In this document: positions 37,691 through 52,236 of the stretch, in pieces
Position numbering within the stretch: position 1 is the first letter of the stretch
Layout of the letters: every line of letters starts with the position of its first letter
Origin: Thermoanaerobaculia bacterium
GTDB taxonomy: Bacteria > Acidobacteriota > Thermoanaerobaculia > Multivoradales > JAHEKO01
Length of the DNA stretch: 64,000 nt
Reading direction: 5' to 3'
NCBI GenBank assembly: GCA_947259925.1
Contig: CAMYOG010000042.1
Span: 15,221 to 79,220, forward strand
Made by a program: the position numbers and the translations under genes
The notes under the pieces: generated by a model
What the model saw: only the letters and a program-made list of their open reading frames with translations
Told to the model about the DNA's origin: nothing
Databases searched by the model: none

Positions 37691-38284
37691 CTAGGCGGTC
37701 AAAAAGGAGCTGGGATCGTCCCACTGGCCACGCTCCCAGAGGAACTTCTGCGCCTTGTCGACCAGGACCTGGCCGTCGTCCGGGTCGATCGAGATGGCGG
37801 CACGCTCCAACGGCCGGGGAGTCGGCCCCTCGAAATTGATGCCGTTCCGATAGTAGCCACTACCGTGGCAGGGGCATTTGAACTTGTTCTGGGCCTCCAG
37901 CCAGTTGGGCGGACAGCCTAGGTGGGTGCAGATCGCGATCAGGGCGTAGAGCTGGCCCTGGTCGTTGACGATAAAGACGCCGTTGCTCTCGACGAAACGC
38001 TCGTCGACCGCGTCGGGCGCGAAGTCCGAGGGCGGTCCGACCTTGAAGCTGGTCGGCGGCTCATAGAGGACGTTCGGGAACATGAACCGTCCCCAGGCGG
38101 TGAGACAGCCGCCGGCCGCAGCGGTGAAACCGACCCAGGCGACCGCCGCCCACGAGAAGAAGCCACGCCGGCTCACCTCGGCGTCGGCCGCGGCCGGCTT
38201 CGCCGGTTTCGCCGGCTGGGCGCTCTTCGCCTCGCTGGCCTGGGCTGCGGGCTCAGGCTTGGTTTCTTCTGGCGTTTCTGTCAT
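37691..38284 (-). CDS. Rieske [2Fe-2S] protein with Tat signal
   Basis: RRGFF twin-arginine motif; CTHLGC and CPCHGS boxes. Confidence 0.85.
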   Translation of the reverse strand: MTETPEETKPEPAAQASEAKSAQPAKPAKPAAADAEVSRRGFFSWAAVAWVGFTAAAGGCLTAWGRFMFPNVLYEPPTSFKVGPPSDFAPDAVDERFVESNGVFIVNDQGQLYALIAICTHLGCPPNWLEAQNKFKCPCHGSGYYRNGINFEGPTPRPLERAAISIDPDDGQVLVDKAQKFLWERGQWDDPSSFLTA

Positions 38285-38463
38285 TCGGGTTGTGGGTCGG
38301 CGACGGCATGGAGGCTCCCCGGGAGCCCCCGACCAGAGCCGGTCTCAGCGTGTTGCCGGATTCTCGGTCGAACGGTTGAGGATGTCAAGAAGCCGAGACG
38401 GCAGCTCGGCACGAAAAATGCAGCCAAGCAACCCTCAATCTCGTATCTAGAATCGGAGATCGA

Positions 38464-39606
38464 ATGTCGCCCACGCCAGCCGTTACCACCCTGCTCGTTA
38501 TCGGATGGATGGTCTCCGCGAGCGGGCTCGTGCACCGACCCGCAGATGCGCAAGAACCCTCGGTCGTAGAACGGATAACGCCCTTCGCGCAGAGTACCGG
38601 CCACGCCCGGTGGTCGCCCAAGGGCGATTGGATCGCGTTCGACCGGCCCGGCGAGAACGGCTACACGCAGCTCTACGTCGCGCGAGCCGACCTCGCCGAG
38701 GGGATCGCCGAGGAGCGGTGCCTCACCTGCCACATGCACGATCTGAGGAAGCTCCATGTCGGCAACCCGACCTGGCACCCGTCGGGCGACTACCTGGCGG
38801 TCCAGGTCAGCCGGCCGGTGCGGCCCGGGGGCGAGCCGCTCAGATTCAGGGAGGTTCCGGGAGGCAACCTGGGGAGCGATCTCTACCTGGTCCACTTCGA
38901 CGGCCGCGAGTACTGGAACCTGACCAACCTCGGCGAGCGCGGCGGTCGGGTCCAGTCGCCCCACTTTTCCCACGAGGGGAGCAAGCTGGTGTGGGCGGAG
39001 CGGACCGCGAGCGGCGGGGGCGTCTTCGGAAAATGGGTCATCCGCATGGCCGAGATCGAGTTTCGGCGCCAGGTGCCGCGGCTCAAGGGGACCAGAACCT
39101 TCAAGCCGGGGGCGCGCCAGCTCTTCTACGACACCCACGGCTTCACCACCGACGACCTGGGCGTCGTGCTGACCGGCAATCTCGAGCCGAAGCATCACGA
39201 GAGCGGCATGGACGTCTACCGGCTCGAGCTCGAGTCGGGCGCCATCAAGCGACTGACCCAGACCGACGCCGAGCTCGATCGGTTCGCCCTTCAGGCCCCC
39301 AACGGCAACTGGATCGTCTGGTCGAGCAGCCGCGACATCGGCAGCGGCGAGGTGAATCTCGAGCGTCGCCAGGTGACCGCGGTGCGCAAGGCGGATCTCT
39401 GGATGATGAACGCCGAGGGCTTGAGCGTCCAGCGCTTGACCCACTTCAACGACGTTCATTCACCGAACTACCTCGGGCCGACCTCGGTGCTGGCGACCAG
39501 CTGGAATCGTGACGGCGACAAGCTGCTGGCGCTGGCGCTTCCGGTAGGCTCGAACCGACCAGGGGACCTCTACCTGATAGAACTCAACGAACCGATCGGA
39601 CGTTAG
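38464..39606 (+). CDS. secreted TolB-like beta-propeller (PD40/WD40-like repeat) protein
   Basis: Signal peptide; repeated motifs WSPKGDWIAF, WHPSGDYLAV, SHEGSKLVW, APNGNWIVWSS, SWNRDGDKLLA. Confidence 0.55.
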   Translation: MSPTPAVTTLLVIGWMVSASGLVHRPADAQEPSVVERITPFAQSTGHARWSPKGDWIAFDRPGENGYTQLYVARADLAEGIAEERCLTCHMHDLRKLHVGNPTWHPSGDYLAVQVSRPVRPGGEPLRFREVPGGNLGSDLYLVHFDGREYWNLTNLGERGGRVQSPHFSHEGSKLVWAERTASGGGVFGKWVIRMAEIEFRRQVPRLKGTRTFKPGARQLFYDTHGFTTDDLGVVLTGNLEPKHHESGMDVYRLELESGAIKRLTQTDAELDRFALQAPNGNWIVWSSSRDIGSGEVNLERRQVTAVRKADLWMMNAEGLSVQRLTHFNDVHSPNYLGPTSVLATSWNRDGDKLLALALPVGSNRPGDLYLIELNEPIGR

Positions 39607-39610
39607 AGAG

Positions 39611-41275
39611 GTGGCTTCGGTGACCAGACGGTACGCCCGCACCCGACTCCTGATGGCGAGTCTGGTCGCCGTCACCCTGGTGGTCCCGGCGTCCGGACAG
39701 GAGGCGACCGACGTCTTCAGCGAGGTCATCGACGTCCGGGTGGTCAACCTCGAGACCGTGGTCACCGACGCGTCCGGCGAGCGGGTCCGTGGCTTGACCC
39801 GCGAAGATTTCCGGCTGATCGTCGACGGCCGCGAGGTACCGATCGACTACTTCTCCGAGGTGCGCGACGGCGTGGTCCTGCCCGAGGGCCTGGAGGTCGA
39901 GGAGGTCGAGGGCGATCCACCCTCGGGCGAGCAGCTGCTCGAGGCACGGCACACGAACTTCCTGGTGTTCGTCGACGACGTCTTCTCGATCGGCGCTCAG
40001 CGCAACCTGGTGCTCAAGAAGCTCGGCGAGCAGCTCGGGCTGATCGGGCCGAGCGACCGGGTCGCGGTGATGAGCTTCGACGGCAGCGACATCGAGCGCC
40101 TCTCGGGCTGGACGTCGTCACGCTCGGAGATCGCCGACGCCTTCGTCAGCGCCTCGGAGCGCAAGGCCAAGGGCGCCTTCAGACGCGCCGAGCGCGGCTT
40201 CGTCGGCCGGTCCTACTCGCAGCAGGAGAGCTACATTCGTCTGATCTCGGAGCAGCTGGAGAACCTGACCGTGGCCGCTTCCATCGCCATGCGCTCGGCG
40301 GCGCCGGCGACCGGGCGCAAGGTCCTGATCCTGCTCTCCGGCGGCTGGCCGTACCAGCTCGAGATCCTCGACGATCCGACGGTCCGCAACACCTTCCGCA
40401 ACAGCGACAGCATGAACCAGCGGTTCATGGCCCAGCGCGAGCAGTTCGGACGCAACCTGTGGAGCTACAGCCTCGGGGTCGGCATCTTCCAGACCCTGGC
40501 CGATACCGCCAACCTGCTCGGTTACACCATCTACCCGGTCGACGTCCCCGGGCTCGGGTCGGGAGGCGACATCTCGGCCGGCATCCCGACCGCCGACCCC
40601 GTCGGCCGAGCGAGCGGCGAGAGTAGCGTCGAGGCGTCCCTGATGTTCCTGGCGGCGGAGACCGGCGGCAAGGCGATGCTCAACAGCAATCGAATGGTGG
40701 CGCTCGAGCGCACGGTCGCGGACACCAGCTCCTACTACTGGCTCGGCTTCACCTCGGACCGGCGCGCCGACAACCGCCGCCACCGGGTCCGGCTGGAGGC
40801 GCGCCGCTCCGGGCTCAAGGTCCGCACGCGCAAGGACTATGTCGATTTCTCGCGTCAGGTCGAGGTCGAGATGATGGTCGAGGGAGCGCTGCTCTTCCAG
40901 GAGCAGACCGAGCAGAGCGACTTCGACATCCTGGTCGGCGAGGCGCGACGTCTCGAGCGCAAGAAGGTCGAGGTGCCGATTCAGCTGGCGATTCCGGTCG
41001 AGCAGCTGACCCATCTCTACTACGGCGGCGAGTACCGCGCCAGGATGACCGTGACGATCGCGGTGAAGGACCGGCGAAACACGCTGTCGACCGTCGCGAC
41101 GATGCCGTTCCAGACCAGCCACGAGGAGCGGCCGCAATCGGGCGACCTGATCACCTACGACATGGACGTCCAGCTCTGGCGCGAGCCGCACGATCTGGTG
41201 GTGATGGTGCAGGACCTCGCTACCGGTACCGTGCTGTCGTCGAGCGTCGAGGTGCGTCCGAACAAGTCGCGCTGA
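39611..41275 (+). CDS. secreted VWFA-related protein, paralog of 8845..11364 (Acidobacteria-type VWA family)
   Basis: Signal peptide; region similar to the other paralog (FRLIVDGREVPIDYF vs FSVFEDGRLQEL); VWA-like core with LILLSGGWP. The start is GTG 39611 or ATG 39654. Confidence 0.5.
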   Translation: MASVTRRYARTRLLMASLVAVTLVVPASGQEATDVFSEVIDVRVVNLETVVTDASGERVRGLTREDFRLIVDGREVPIDYFSEVRDGVVLPEGLEVEEVEGDPPSGEQLLEARHTNFLVFVDDVFSIGAQRNLVLKKLGEQLGLIGPSDRVAVMSFDGSDIERLSGWTSSRSEIADAFVSASERKAKGAFRRAERGFVGRSYSQQESYIRLISEQLENLTVAASIAMRSAAPATGRKVLILLSGGWPYQLEILDDPTVRNTFRNSDSMNQRFMAQREQFGRNLWSYSLGVGIFQTLADTANLLGYTIYPVDVPGLGSGGDISAGIPTADPVGRASGESSVEASLMFLAAETGGKAMLNSNRMVALERTVADTSSYYWLGFTSDRRADNRRHRVRLEARRSGLKVRTRKDYVDFSRQVEVEMMVEGALLFQEQTEQSDFDILVGEARRLERKKVEVPIQLAIPVEQLTHLYYGGEYRARMTVTIAVKDRRNTLSTVATMPFQTSHEERPQSGDLITYDMDVQLWREPHDLVVMVQDLATGTVLSSSVEVRPNKSR

Positions 41276-41283
41276 GTGCCGGT

Positions 41284-42075
41284 TCAGCTCTCGCGTACCG
41301 CCACCAGGACGAGGTCCGCCGACTCCCGGGGCAGGTAGAGCCCGCCCGACATGTCGCCGTGCGCCGCCGCGCAGCGAAAGCCTCTCGCCGCGAGCCGGCT
41401 CTCGAGCTCGGGCCGCCGCCAGGCGCGCAGTCGAACCTCCTTGGTCGCCTTGAGCTCGAGCGCTGGATCGTGGCCGGGGCGGAGACGGAGGGTCGTCGGC
41501 TGGAACCGGATGTGGTGGTCGTCGATCGGTGTCATCAGCCGCAGGAAGACGATCTCGCCCTCGCCCTTCGGATCGTCCCGGAAGTTGAGAGGCAGATGCC
41601 GGATCCCCTCGCCGAGGATGCGCTCGTAGTTGAGCAGCTGGACGATCAGCCGGCCCTCGGGCACAAGCCGCCTGTGCCAGGCTTCGAGACACCGGTCCAG
41701 AGTCGCGTCGTCGAGGTGCGGCAGAACGTTGCCGAGGCAGATCGCGGTGCCGAAGCTGTCGGCCACCAGCGTCGGCAGCTCGGCGAAGTCGCCCAACACG
41801 AATCTCGGTCCGTGCGGCGGATGCCGGTCCTGGTACTCGCGCGCCCGCTCGATCATCTTGTCGGAGCGGTCGACACCGGTGGTTTCGATCCCGAGCGAGG
41901 CGAACAGGAGGGCGTGCTCGCCGGTACCGCAGCCGAGGTCGAGCAAGCTCGATCCCGGCGACCTGGCGATCTGGCGCTCGAGGAAGGGGCGCTCGCGAGC
42001 GATCCGCTCGGGCCAGGCGATCAGGCGCCGGTAGCTGAACCTGCTGTAGGGATCGTCCGCGTCCGCCGGGGTCAT
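41284..42075 (-). CDS. class I SAM-dependent methyltransferase
   Basis: Motif I LDLGCGTGEH; start at MTPADADDPY (the 19 upstream codons are rejected). Confidence 0.7.
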   Translation of the reverse strand: MTPADADDPYSRFSYRRLIAWPERIARERPFLERQIARSPGSSLLDLGCGTGEHALLFASLGIETTGVDRSDKMIERAREYQDRHPPHGPRFVLGDFAELPTLVADSFGTAICLGNVLPHLDDATLDRCLEAWHRRLVPEGRLIVQLLNYERILGEGIRHLPLNFRDDPKGEGEIVFLRLMTPIDDHHIRFQPTTLRLRPGHDPALELKATKEVRLRAWRRPELESRLAARGFRCAAAHGDMSGGLYLPRESADLVLVAVRES

Positions 42076-42182
42076 CACCGTCCCGAATCGTGCAGCGCTC
42101 GCCACCCTTGCGTCAAGGCGTTGCCGGTGCATTCGGGCTCCTGACGGTCTCCTGACGGCACCCCCCTACGCTCCGAGCAACC

Positions 42183-43130
42183 GTGAAACAGACCGGCAAG
42201 GTCGCACCCGTCGGACAGGCCCGCTGCCAATCGGTGGACGGCCACTTTCCGAGGACCGCCTGGGCAGCTCTCCGCAGGTTCGTTCACCTTCCTTACATCC
42301 GAGCGATCGTCACCGCGGTCTGCCTGATCGCGATCGTCGGCAGCCTGGCGGCGCTGACGCTGGCGGTCAAGCACGATGTATCGGCGCTCGCGGTCTATCG
42401 CTATTTCGTCCGGCCGCACTTCGAGGAGGCCGATCTCGGTCAGAAGCTGCGCAGCGGCTCGACCGTCCTGCAGTTGGAGCCGTTCCTGCTCCTGCCGCCA
42501 GGCGTCACCCCCGGCGGTCTGGTCTACGCCGAGGAGCACGGCCTGGTCTTCTACGTTCACACCCCCCGGCGGCCACCGGCGGCCGCCCGAGAGCGGCGCG
42601 AGCGGACCGATATCTTCAACACGCTCACCTCTCTCTACTGGAAGGCGGACCTGAACGGGCTGACCCGCGAGCTGAACCGGCCGGCGGTGCGCCAGCGGTT
42701 GATCGACCGCGGCGCCCAACTGAAGGACCTCTACCTCTTCCAGCGATTCAACGGCAAGTCGGTCGACTCGCGTGCCCGCACCGAGGTCCTGCGCGCCGCG
42801 GTGCGCCAGATCCAGCTGGTCGCTCCGTACATCCCGGAGCCGTTCCAGCTCGACTTCGCCGAAGTGTTGCGCTTCTACGACCGCAACCGGACGGACGGCG
42901 AGTTCGTCGGGCTCTGGGAGGTCGCGACTCCGAGCCCCTTCGGTGTCATCGACGCGGCGTACGCACACGAGATGAGCCGGACCAATCACTACATCATCAT
43001 CTCCAGACACGGCGGGCGGACGACGGTCAGCGACTTCTACCGCGGTGTGCGCTCCGACTACCTGGTGCAGCCGCTCGGGCACCCGTCCGGGCGCACTTTC
43101 TACCGTCTGACCGCACAACCGGCGTCCTGA
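42183..43130 (+). CDS. hypothetical membrane-anchored protein
   Basis: GTG start; one N-terminal TM segment; no recognisable motif. Confidence 0.4.
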   Translation: MKQTGKVAPVGQARCQSVDGHFPRTAWAALRRFVHLPYIRAIVTAVCLIAIVGSLAALTLAVKHDVSALAVYRYFVRPHFEEADLGQKLRSGSTVLQLEPFLLLPPGVTPGGLVYAEEHGLVFYVHTPRRPPAAARERRERTDIFNTLTSLYWKADLNGLTRELNRPAVRQRLIDRGAQLKDLYLFQRFNGKSVDSRARTEVLRAAVRQIQLVAPYIPEPFQLDFAEVLRFYDRNRTDGEFVGLWEVATPSPFGVIDAAYAHEMSRTNHYIIISRHGGRTTVSDFYRGVRSDYLVQPLGHPSGRTFYRLTAQPAS

Positions 43131-43223
43131 GCTGCGGCTCGCGCTCGCCGCGGGCGATCGCGACGCCCGCTTCGAGCGCCTCATCGCGACCGGCCAGCAC
43201 CCCGGCGACCGTCGGTAGCGCGG

Positions 43224-43592
43224 TCATCGTCGGAGTGACGCCGACCACGACCTGAGGTCACCGGCGGCCCGCGCCTCACGAAGGATGGCGGCGGTCGGAG
43301 CGATCGGCCGGTAGAGACGCTCGAGCTCGACGCCGAGGTCGCCGGCCGGCTCGGCGAGGATGCGCGCGGCTCCCACGGCCGCGAAGCGGTTCCAGTCGAT
43401 GCTCGCCGCTTCGTCACCCGGGTGGAAGAAGCGCAGGTGCCCGTACGACTTGACGTAGGCGCGCGCGCGATCGAGCCGCGAGACCGGCAGGTTCTCGGCG
43501 GGCAGTGGCGGGCTCGGCGCGCAGGCGATCAGGACGACGGCGGCCAGAGCCGCCGGTACCGTACCGAGCAGACCTTCCAGTCGTAGTCGCAC
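43224..43592 (-). CDS. possible small lipoprotein (122 aa), hypothetical
   Basis: The C-terminal part of track ORF 43224..44069 reads VRLRLEGLLGTVPAALAAVVLIACAPSP (signal plus lipobox) from a GTG at 43590-43592; the upstream part of that ORF overlaps the HEAT gene and is rejected. Confidence 0.3.
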   Translation of the reverse strand: MRLRLEGLLGTVPAALAAVVLIACAPSPPLPAENLPVSRLDRARAYVKSYGHLRFFHPGDEAASIDWNRFAAVGAARILAEPAGDLGVELERLYRPIAPTAAILREARAAGDLRSWSASLRR

Positions 43593-43627
43593 GCCTACCC
43601 AGGGTACGGCCGACAGGGGGTGGGCGT

Positions 43628-44521
43628 CTATTGCAGGCCGAGCGCCTGCTGCGCCTCGATCGCCGCCTGCCGCACCTTGAGACTCGGATCGTTCTCCGCC
43701 AGATCGTCCAGCATCGGGCGCGCGTCGGCACCTCGCACCGCCGCGAGCGCGCGGATGGCGCTGATCATCGTCTCCTGCTGCTGCTCGGGGGTGATCTCGG
43801 GCACCGCCGAGGTCAGCCGCCGGTCGAGCATCCGCTCGAGCACCGGCACGCCGGCGTCGCTCCCCAGCCGGCTGACCGCGAGCGCGGCGTTCCAGCGGAC
43901 GTCGGCCTGCTGATCCTCGAGCAGCGGCAGCAGGCGGTCGACCAGACTCGGATCGCCCAGCTCGCCGACCGCGAACGCGGCCGTCTTGCGGATCCCGGCG
44001 TCGCCGTCGGTCAGGCCTTCGAGCAGCGGCGGGATCGCTTCCCGGTCGCCGACCGTGCCGAGCGCCCACAGGAGGTAGATGCGGGTCTGGCTATCGGCGC
44101 CCTCGAGCGCCTCGGTCAGCACCGGAACCGCGGCGGGATCGCGGGTGTAGCCGAGGACCAGGATCAGATACCGGCGGATCTCCGGATCCTCGACCTCGCC
44201 GAAGATCCTGATCAGCTCCTCCTTGGCGCCCGGCTCCTCGTTGAGCGCTTCGGGGTCGGCGAGCAGCACCTTGGACAGCTCGTAGGCCGCCTGGGCGCGC
44301 GTCGAGCGCCAGCCCGAGCGGAGGTCGTTCAGGTAGCCGCTGACGGTCTGCCGCTCGTAGGCGATCCAGCCGAAGCCGACGAATACCGCCACGCACAAGA
44401 CCACGACCAGGAGCGGCACGATGAACAGCCCGACCAGGCCGCGCAGCAAGCCACCTTCGACCTCCTTCTCGAGATCGCGTGGCTGCGACTCCTCGGGCGT
44501 CTCCGGGCGTTCTTCGCTCAT
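43628..44521 (-). CDS. HEAT-repeat (PBS-lyase-type) protein with N-terminal TM anchor
   Basis: Repeated motifs of the form VRxxAxxALGxxGD AxAVPxL; divergent from actA. Confidence 0.6.
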   Translation of the reverse strand: MSEERPETPEESQPRDLEKEVEGGLLRGLVGLFIVPLLVVVLCVAVFVGFGWIAYERQTVSGYLNDLRSGWRSTRAQAAYELSKVLLADPEALNEEPGAKEELIRIFGEVEDPEIRRYLILVLGYTRDPAAVPVLTEALEGADSQTRIYLLWALGTVGDREAIPPLLEGLTDGDAGIRKTAAFAVGELGDPSLVDRLLPLLEDQQADVRWNAALAVSRLGSDAGVPVLERMLDRRLTSAVPEITPEQQQETMISAIRALAAVRGADARPMLDDLAENDPSLKVRQAAIEAQQALGLQ

Positions 44522-44770
44522 CGGCAGCTCGCCAGCTTATCAGCGCAACCGGCCGCTCGGCGGCGACGAAACGAGAGGGGAGGGCCCCTCACTCGAGCGG
44601 GTCGGATCTGAGGCCAGGAGCCAATCTGGTAGGGCGGGAGGCTGCGAGTGGGGGCGGGGGAGCCGGGCATGCCGGCTCTCCCGTCCTACCTTCGAGTCGT
44701 TCCGCTTCGCCTTGCACCCCCTCAGTCACTTCGGTATCTTTCGCCGCGGGCGGGAGCATTAGAGCCGTAG

Positions 44771-45411
44771 ATGGCGCAGATTTTTCATCGCAGCACGAAT
44801 ACGATCTCGCGGCTCTCGATCTTCGGCGGCATTTTTCTGGTCGCTGGACTGATCGGGCTGTTTGCCGTGCTCGATCGATCTTCGTACAACACTGGCGTGG
44901 GCGTCGTGCTCGCTCAGCCGATTCCGTTCAGCCACGATCACCACACGGCGGCGCTCGGCATCAGCTGCGTCTACTGCCACACGAGCGTCGAGGACTCGGC
45001 GTTCGCGGGCATCCCGCCGACCGCGACCTGCATGAACTGCCACAATCTGATCTGGAATCAGAGTCCGATGTTGGCGGCCGTGCGCGAGAGCTATCGGACC
45101 GGTGAGCCGATCCGCTGGACCCGGGTGCACGACCTTCCCGACTACGTCTATTTCAACCACGGCATCCACGTGGCCAAAGGCATCGGCTGCGAGAGCTGTC
45201 ACGGGCGCGTCGATCTGATGCCGCTGATCATGAAGACCGAATCGCTCCAGATGGAGTGGTGCCTCGACTGCCATCGCCAGCCGGAGTCACGGGTGCGGCC
45301 GCTGAGCGAGATCTACACCATGGGGTGGCGGCCCGAGCACGCCGATCAGGGCACTCGTCTGATCGCCGAACACGACATCAACAGCAAGGTGAGCTGCTCG
45401 ACGTGTCATCG

Positions 45412-45415
<4 letters not shown>
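44771..45415 (+). CDS. actA: alternative complex III subunit A (pentahaem cytochrome c, membrane-anchored)
   Basis: N-terminal TM segment and five CxxCH motifs (CVYCH, CMNCH, CESCH, CLDCH, CSTCH). Confidence 0.85.
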
Positions 45416-49824
<4,409 letters not shown>

Positions 49825-49825
<1 letters not shown>

Positions 49826-50370
49826 TGGAGTACGCCCGCAAGGTAGGCCTCTACGGACTGATCGCGGAGTTCGATACCTCGGATCGGCTGATCCACGCCG
49901 CCGAGCAGACGCGGGCGGACGGCTACCGGAAGCTCGACGCCTACACGCCCTATCCGATCGAGGAGGTCTCCGAGGCGCTCGGGCATCACGGCTCGCGGCT
50001 GCCGCTGCTGGTCCTGATCGGCGGCATCCTGGGTGCCCTGGGCGGGTTCGGACTCCAGTACTGGGTCTCGGTCATCGCCTATCCGCTCAACATCGGCGGC
50101 CGGCCGCTCAACAGCTGGATCGCTTTCGTCCCGGTGACCTTCGAGTCCACGGTCCTGCTGGCGGCCCTGGCCGCGGTGCTCGGCATGCTGGCGCTGAACG
50201 GCCTACCAAAGCCGTATCACCCGGTGTTCAACGCCGAGCGCTTCGCGCTCGCGTCGCGGGATCGCTACTTCCTGTGCATCGAGGCGGAGGACGAAAAGTT
50301 CGATCGCGAGGCGACCGAATCGTTCCTCCAGGGACTCGACCCGATCGGAGTCTACGAAGTTGAGAACTGA
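49825..50370 (+). CDS. actD: alternative complex III subunit D (small membrane-associated subunit)
   Basis: ATG overlaps the actC stop as TGATG; start MEYARKVGLYGLIAEFDT, typical of ActD. Confidence 0.65.
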
Positions 50371-51061
50371 TCGCATCGAGACCGTGCCGCTCGGGTCCCG
50401 CCAGGCTGGCAGAGCCGGGGCCGCCGCGACCGCCGGGCGGCGCCTGCGAATCGCGCCGGTCGCCTTGCTGATCGGAGTGGTGCCGTGGCTCGTCGGTTGC
50501 CGGCAGGACATGCACGATCAGCCGAGGTACGAGCCGCTCGAGGCGAGCTCCTTCTTCGACAACGGCGCCGCCTCGCGGCCGCTGATCGAGGGGACGGTGG
50601 CGCGGGGCCACCTGGGCGAGGACGTCGGTTTCGAGACCGGGCTCGACGAGAACGGCGCGGTCGTCGCCGACTTCCCGATGGCGGTCGATCTGGTCCTGCT
50701 CGAGCGCGGCCGCAACCGCTACGACGTCTTCTGCTCGCCCTGTCACGACCGGCTCGGCAACGGCCGTGGCATGATCGTCCGGCGCGGCTACAAGCAGCCG
50801 ACCTCGTTCCACGACCCGCGTCTGGTCGAGGCCCGCCCGGGCTACTTCGTCAACGTCATGACCAACGGCTTCGGCCAGATGTCGAGCTATGCGCCCCAGC
50901 TCAAGCCCGCCGACCGGTGGGCGGTGGCGGCCTACATCCAGGCGCTCCAGCTGAGCCGGCGGGTGCCGGCCGATCTCCTGTCGGGCGAGGACCGCGCCTG
51001 GCTGGCGGGAGAGCCGACCGAAGTTCCGCAGCCGGAGAGCGACGACGGGGGGCACTCGTGA
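50360..51061 (+). CDS. actE: alternative complex III subunit E (monohaem cytochrome c lipoprotein)
   Basis: Lipobox WLVGC; a single CSPCH. The start is uncertain: TTG 50360 per the track, or GTG 50384. Confidence 0.7.
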   Translation: MRTDRIETVPLGSRQAGRAGAAATAGRRLRIAPVALLIGVVPWLVGCRQDMHDQPRYEPLEASSFFDNGAASRPLIEGTVARGHLGEDVGFETGLDENGAVVADFPMAVDLVLLERGRNRYDVFCSPCHDRLGNGRGMIVRRGYKQPTSFHDPRLVEARPGYFVNVMTNGFGQMSSYAPQLKPADRWAVAAYIQALQLSRRVPADLLSGEDRAWLAGEPTEVPQPESDDGGHS

Positions 51062-52236
51062 GCGAGCGCTCGACCTGGAGCGCCCCTGCCGAGCTCGCGC
51101 AGCTCGAGAGAAAGCTCTGGATGATCGGTGGCGCGGGTGCTCTGCTGTCGATCCTCGGCGCGCTGCTCGACCGCGCCCAGGCCGTCCAGTCGTACCTGGT
51201 CGCCTGGCTGCTCTGGGCCGGCGTGGCGTTCGGTTGCTTCGCGGTGATGGTGCTCCACCACCTCTCGCGCGGCGGCTGGGGGCTGATGGTCCGCCGGGTG
51301 TTCGAGGCCGCGACCAAGACGATGCCCCTGTTGGCGATCCTCTTCGTGCCGGTGCTGCTGGGACTGCCCCATCTCTATAGCTGGGCCGATCCCGAGGCGG
51401 TCGCCGCGAGTGAGTACCTCCAGCAGAAAACGAACTACCTGAACGCCTCCTTCTTCACCCTCCGGTTCGTCGCCTACTTCGTGATTCTCGGCGGGCTCGG
51501 GTGGCTGATCTGCCGCCGCTCCCTCGAGCAGGACGCGACCGGGGACCCGCGGCTCGCCCGTCGAATGCAGAGATTGGCCGGCCCGAGCCTGGGGATCTAC
51601 GTCTTGGTGGCGACCCTCGCAGCCGTCGACTGGATCATGTCGCTCGACCCGCTCTGGTACTCGAGCCTGTTCGGCGTCTACTTCGTCGGCGGCCACGGCG
51701 TCTCGGCGTTCGCGTTCGTCATCCTGGCGGCTCTCTGGCTGTCGAAGCGCCAGCCGATGTCGCGGGTGTTCACGCATCGCCACTTCCACGACTACGGCAA
51801 GCTGCTGTTCGCGTTTGTGATGCTCTGGGCCTACTTCGCCCTGTCGCAGCTCCTGATCATCTGGTCGGGCAACCTGGCGGAGGAGATCACTTGGTACTTC
51901 GAGCGGATTCAGGGCGGCTGGAAGTACCTCGGCATGGCGCTCGGTCTGCTCCACTTCGGCCTGCCGTTCCTGCTCCTCCTGTCGCGCAACCTGAAGCGCG
52001 ATGCGCGCCGCCTGGCGATCGTCGCCGCGCTCCTGCTGGTGTTGCGCTGGGTCGATCTCTACTGGCAGGTCGGTCCGGCGTTCCACCACGGCGGCCTGGC
52101 GCTCCACTGGCTCGATCTGACCACCGTAGTCGGCCTGGGTGGCATCTGGCTCGCGGCGGTCGCGAGGTTCCTCGGCCGCCACTCCCTGCTGCCGATCAAC
52201 GACCCCCACCTCGAGGAGGCTCTACCCGGTGACTGA
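51058..52236 (+). CDS. actF: alternative complex III subunit F (NrfD-like membrane subunit)
   Basis: GTG start overlapping the actE stop as GTGA; polytopic paralog of actC. Confidence 0.75.
   Translation: MSERSTWSAPAELAQLERKLWMIGGAGALLSILGALLDRAQAVQSYLVAWLLWAGVAFGCFAVMVLHHLSRGGWGLMVRRVFEAATKTMPLLAILFVPVLLGLPHLYSWADPEAVAASEYLQQKTNYLNASFFTLRFVAYFVILGGLGWLICRRSLEQDATGDPRLARRMQRLAGPSLGIYVLVATLAAVDWIMSLDPLWYSSLFGVYFVGGHGVSAFAFVILAALWLSKRQPMSRVFTHRHFHDYGKLLFAFVMLWAYFALSQLLIIWSGNLAEEITWYFERIQGGWKYLGMALGLLHFGLPFLLLLSRNLKRDARRLAIVAALLLVLRWVDLYWQVGPAFHHGGLALHWLDLTTVVGLGGIWLAAVARFLGRHSLLPINDPHLEEALPGD

Noticed and set aside
37691-38284. Possibility that the Rieske/cyt b operon is a photosynthetic b6f complex
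   Set aside because: No photosystem, petG/L/M/N or chlorophyll genes are present. The operon is instead linked to haem A synthesis and an oxidase-type context, indicating a respiratory complex.
39654-41275. Alternative ATG start (MASLVAVTLVV...) for the second VWA-related protein
   Set aside because: Not rejected outright, but the GTG at 39611 gives a classical n-region (RRYARTR) before the hydrophobic core. Both remain possible.
43027-43248. 73-aa ORF (MVGVTPTMTALPTVAGVLAGRDEALEAG...) that superficially looks like a gene fragment or pseudogene
   Set aside because: It overlaps the 3' end of the 42183..43130 gene on the opposite strand and has no motif support. Most likely a frame artefact.
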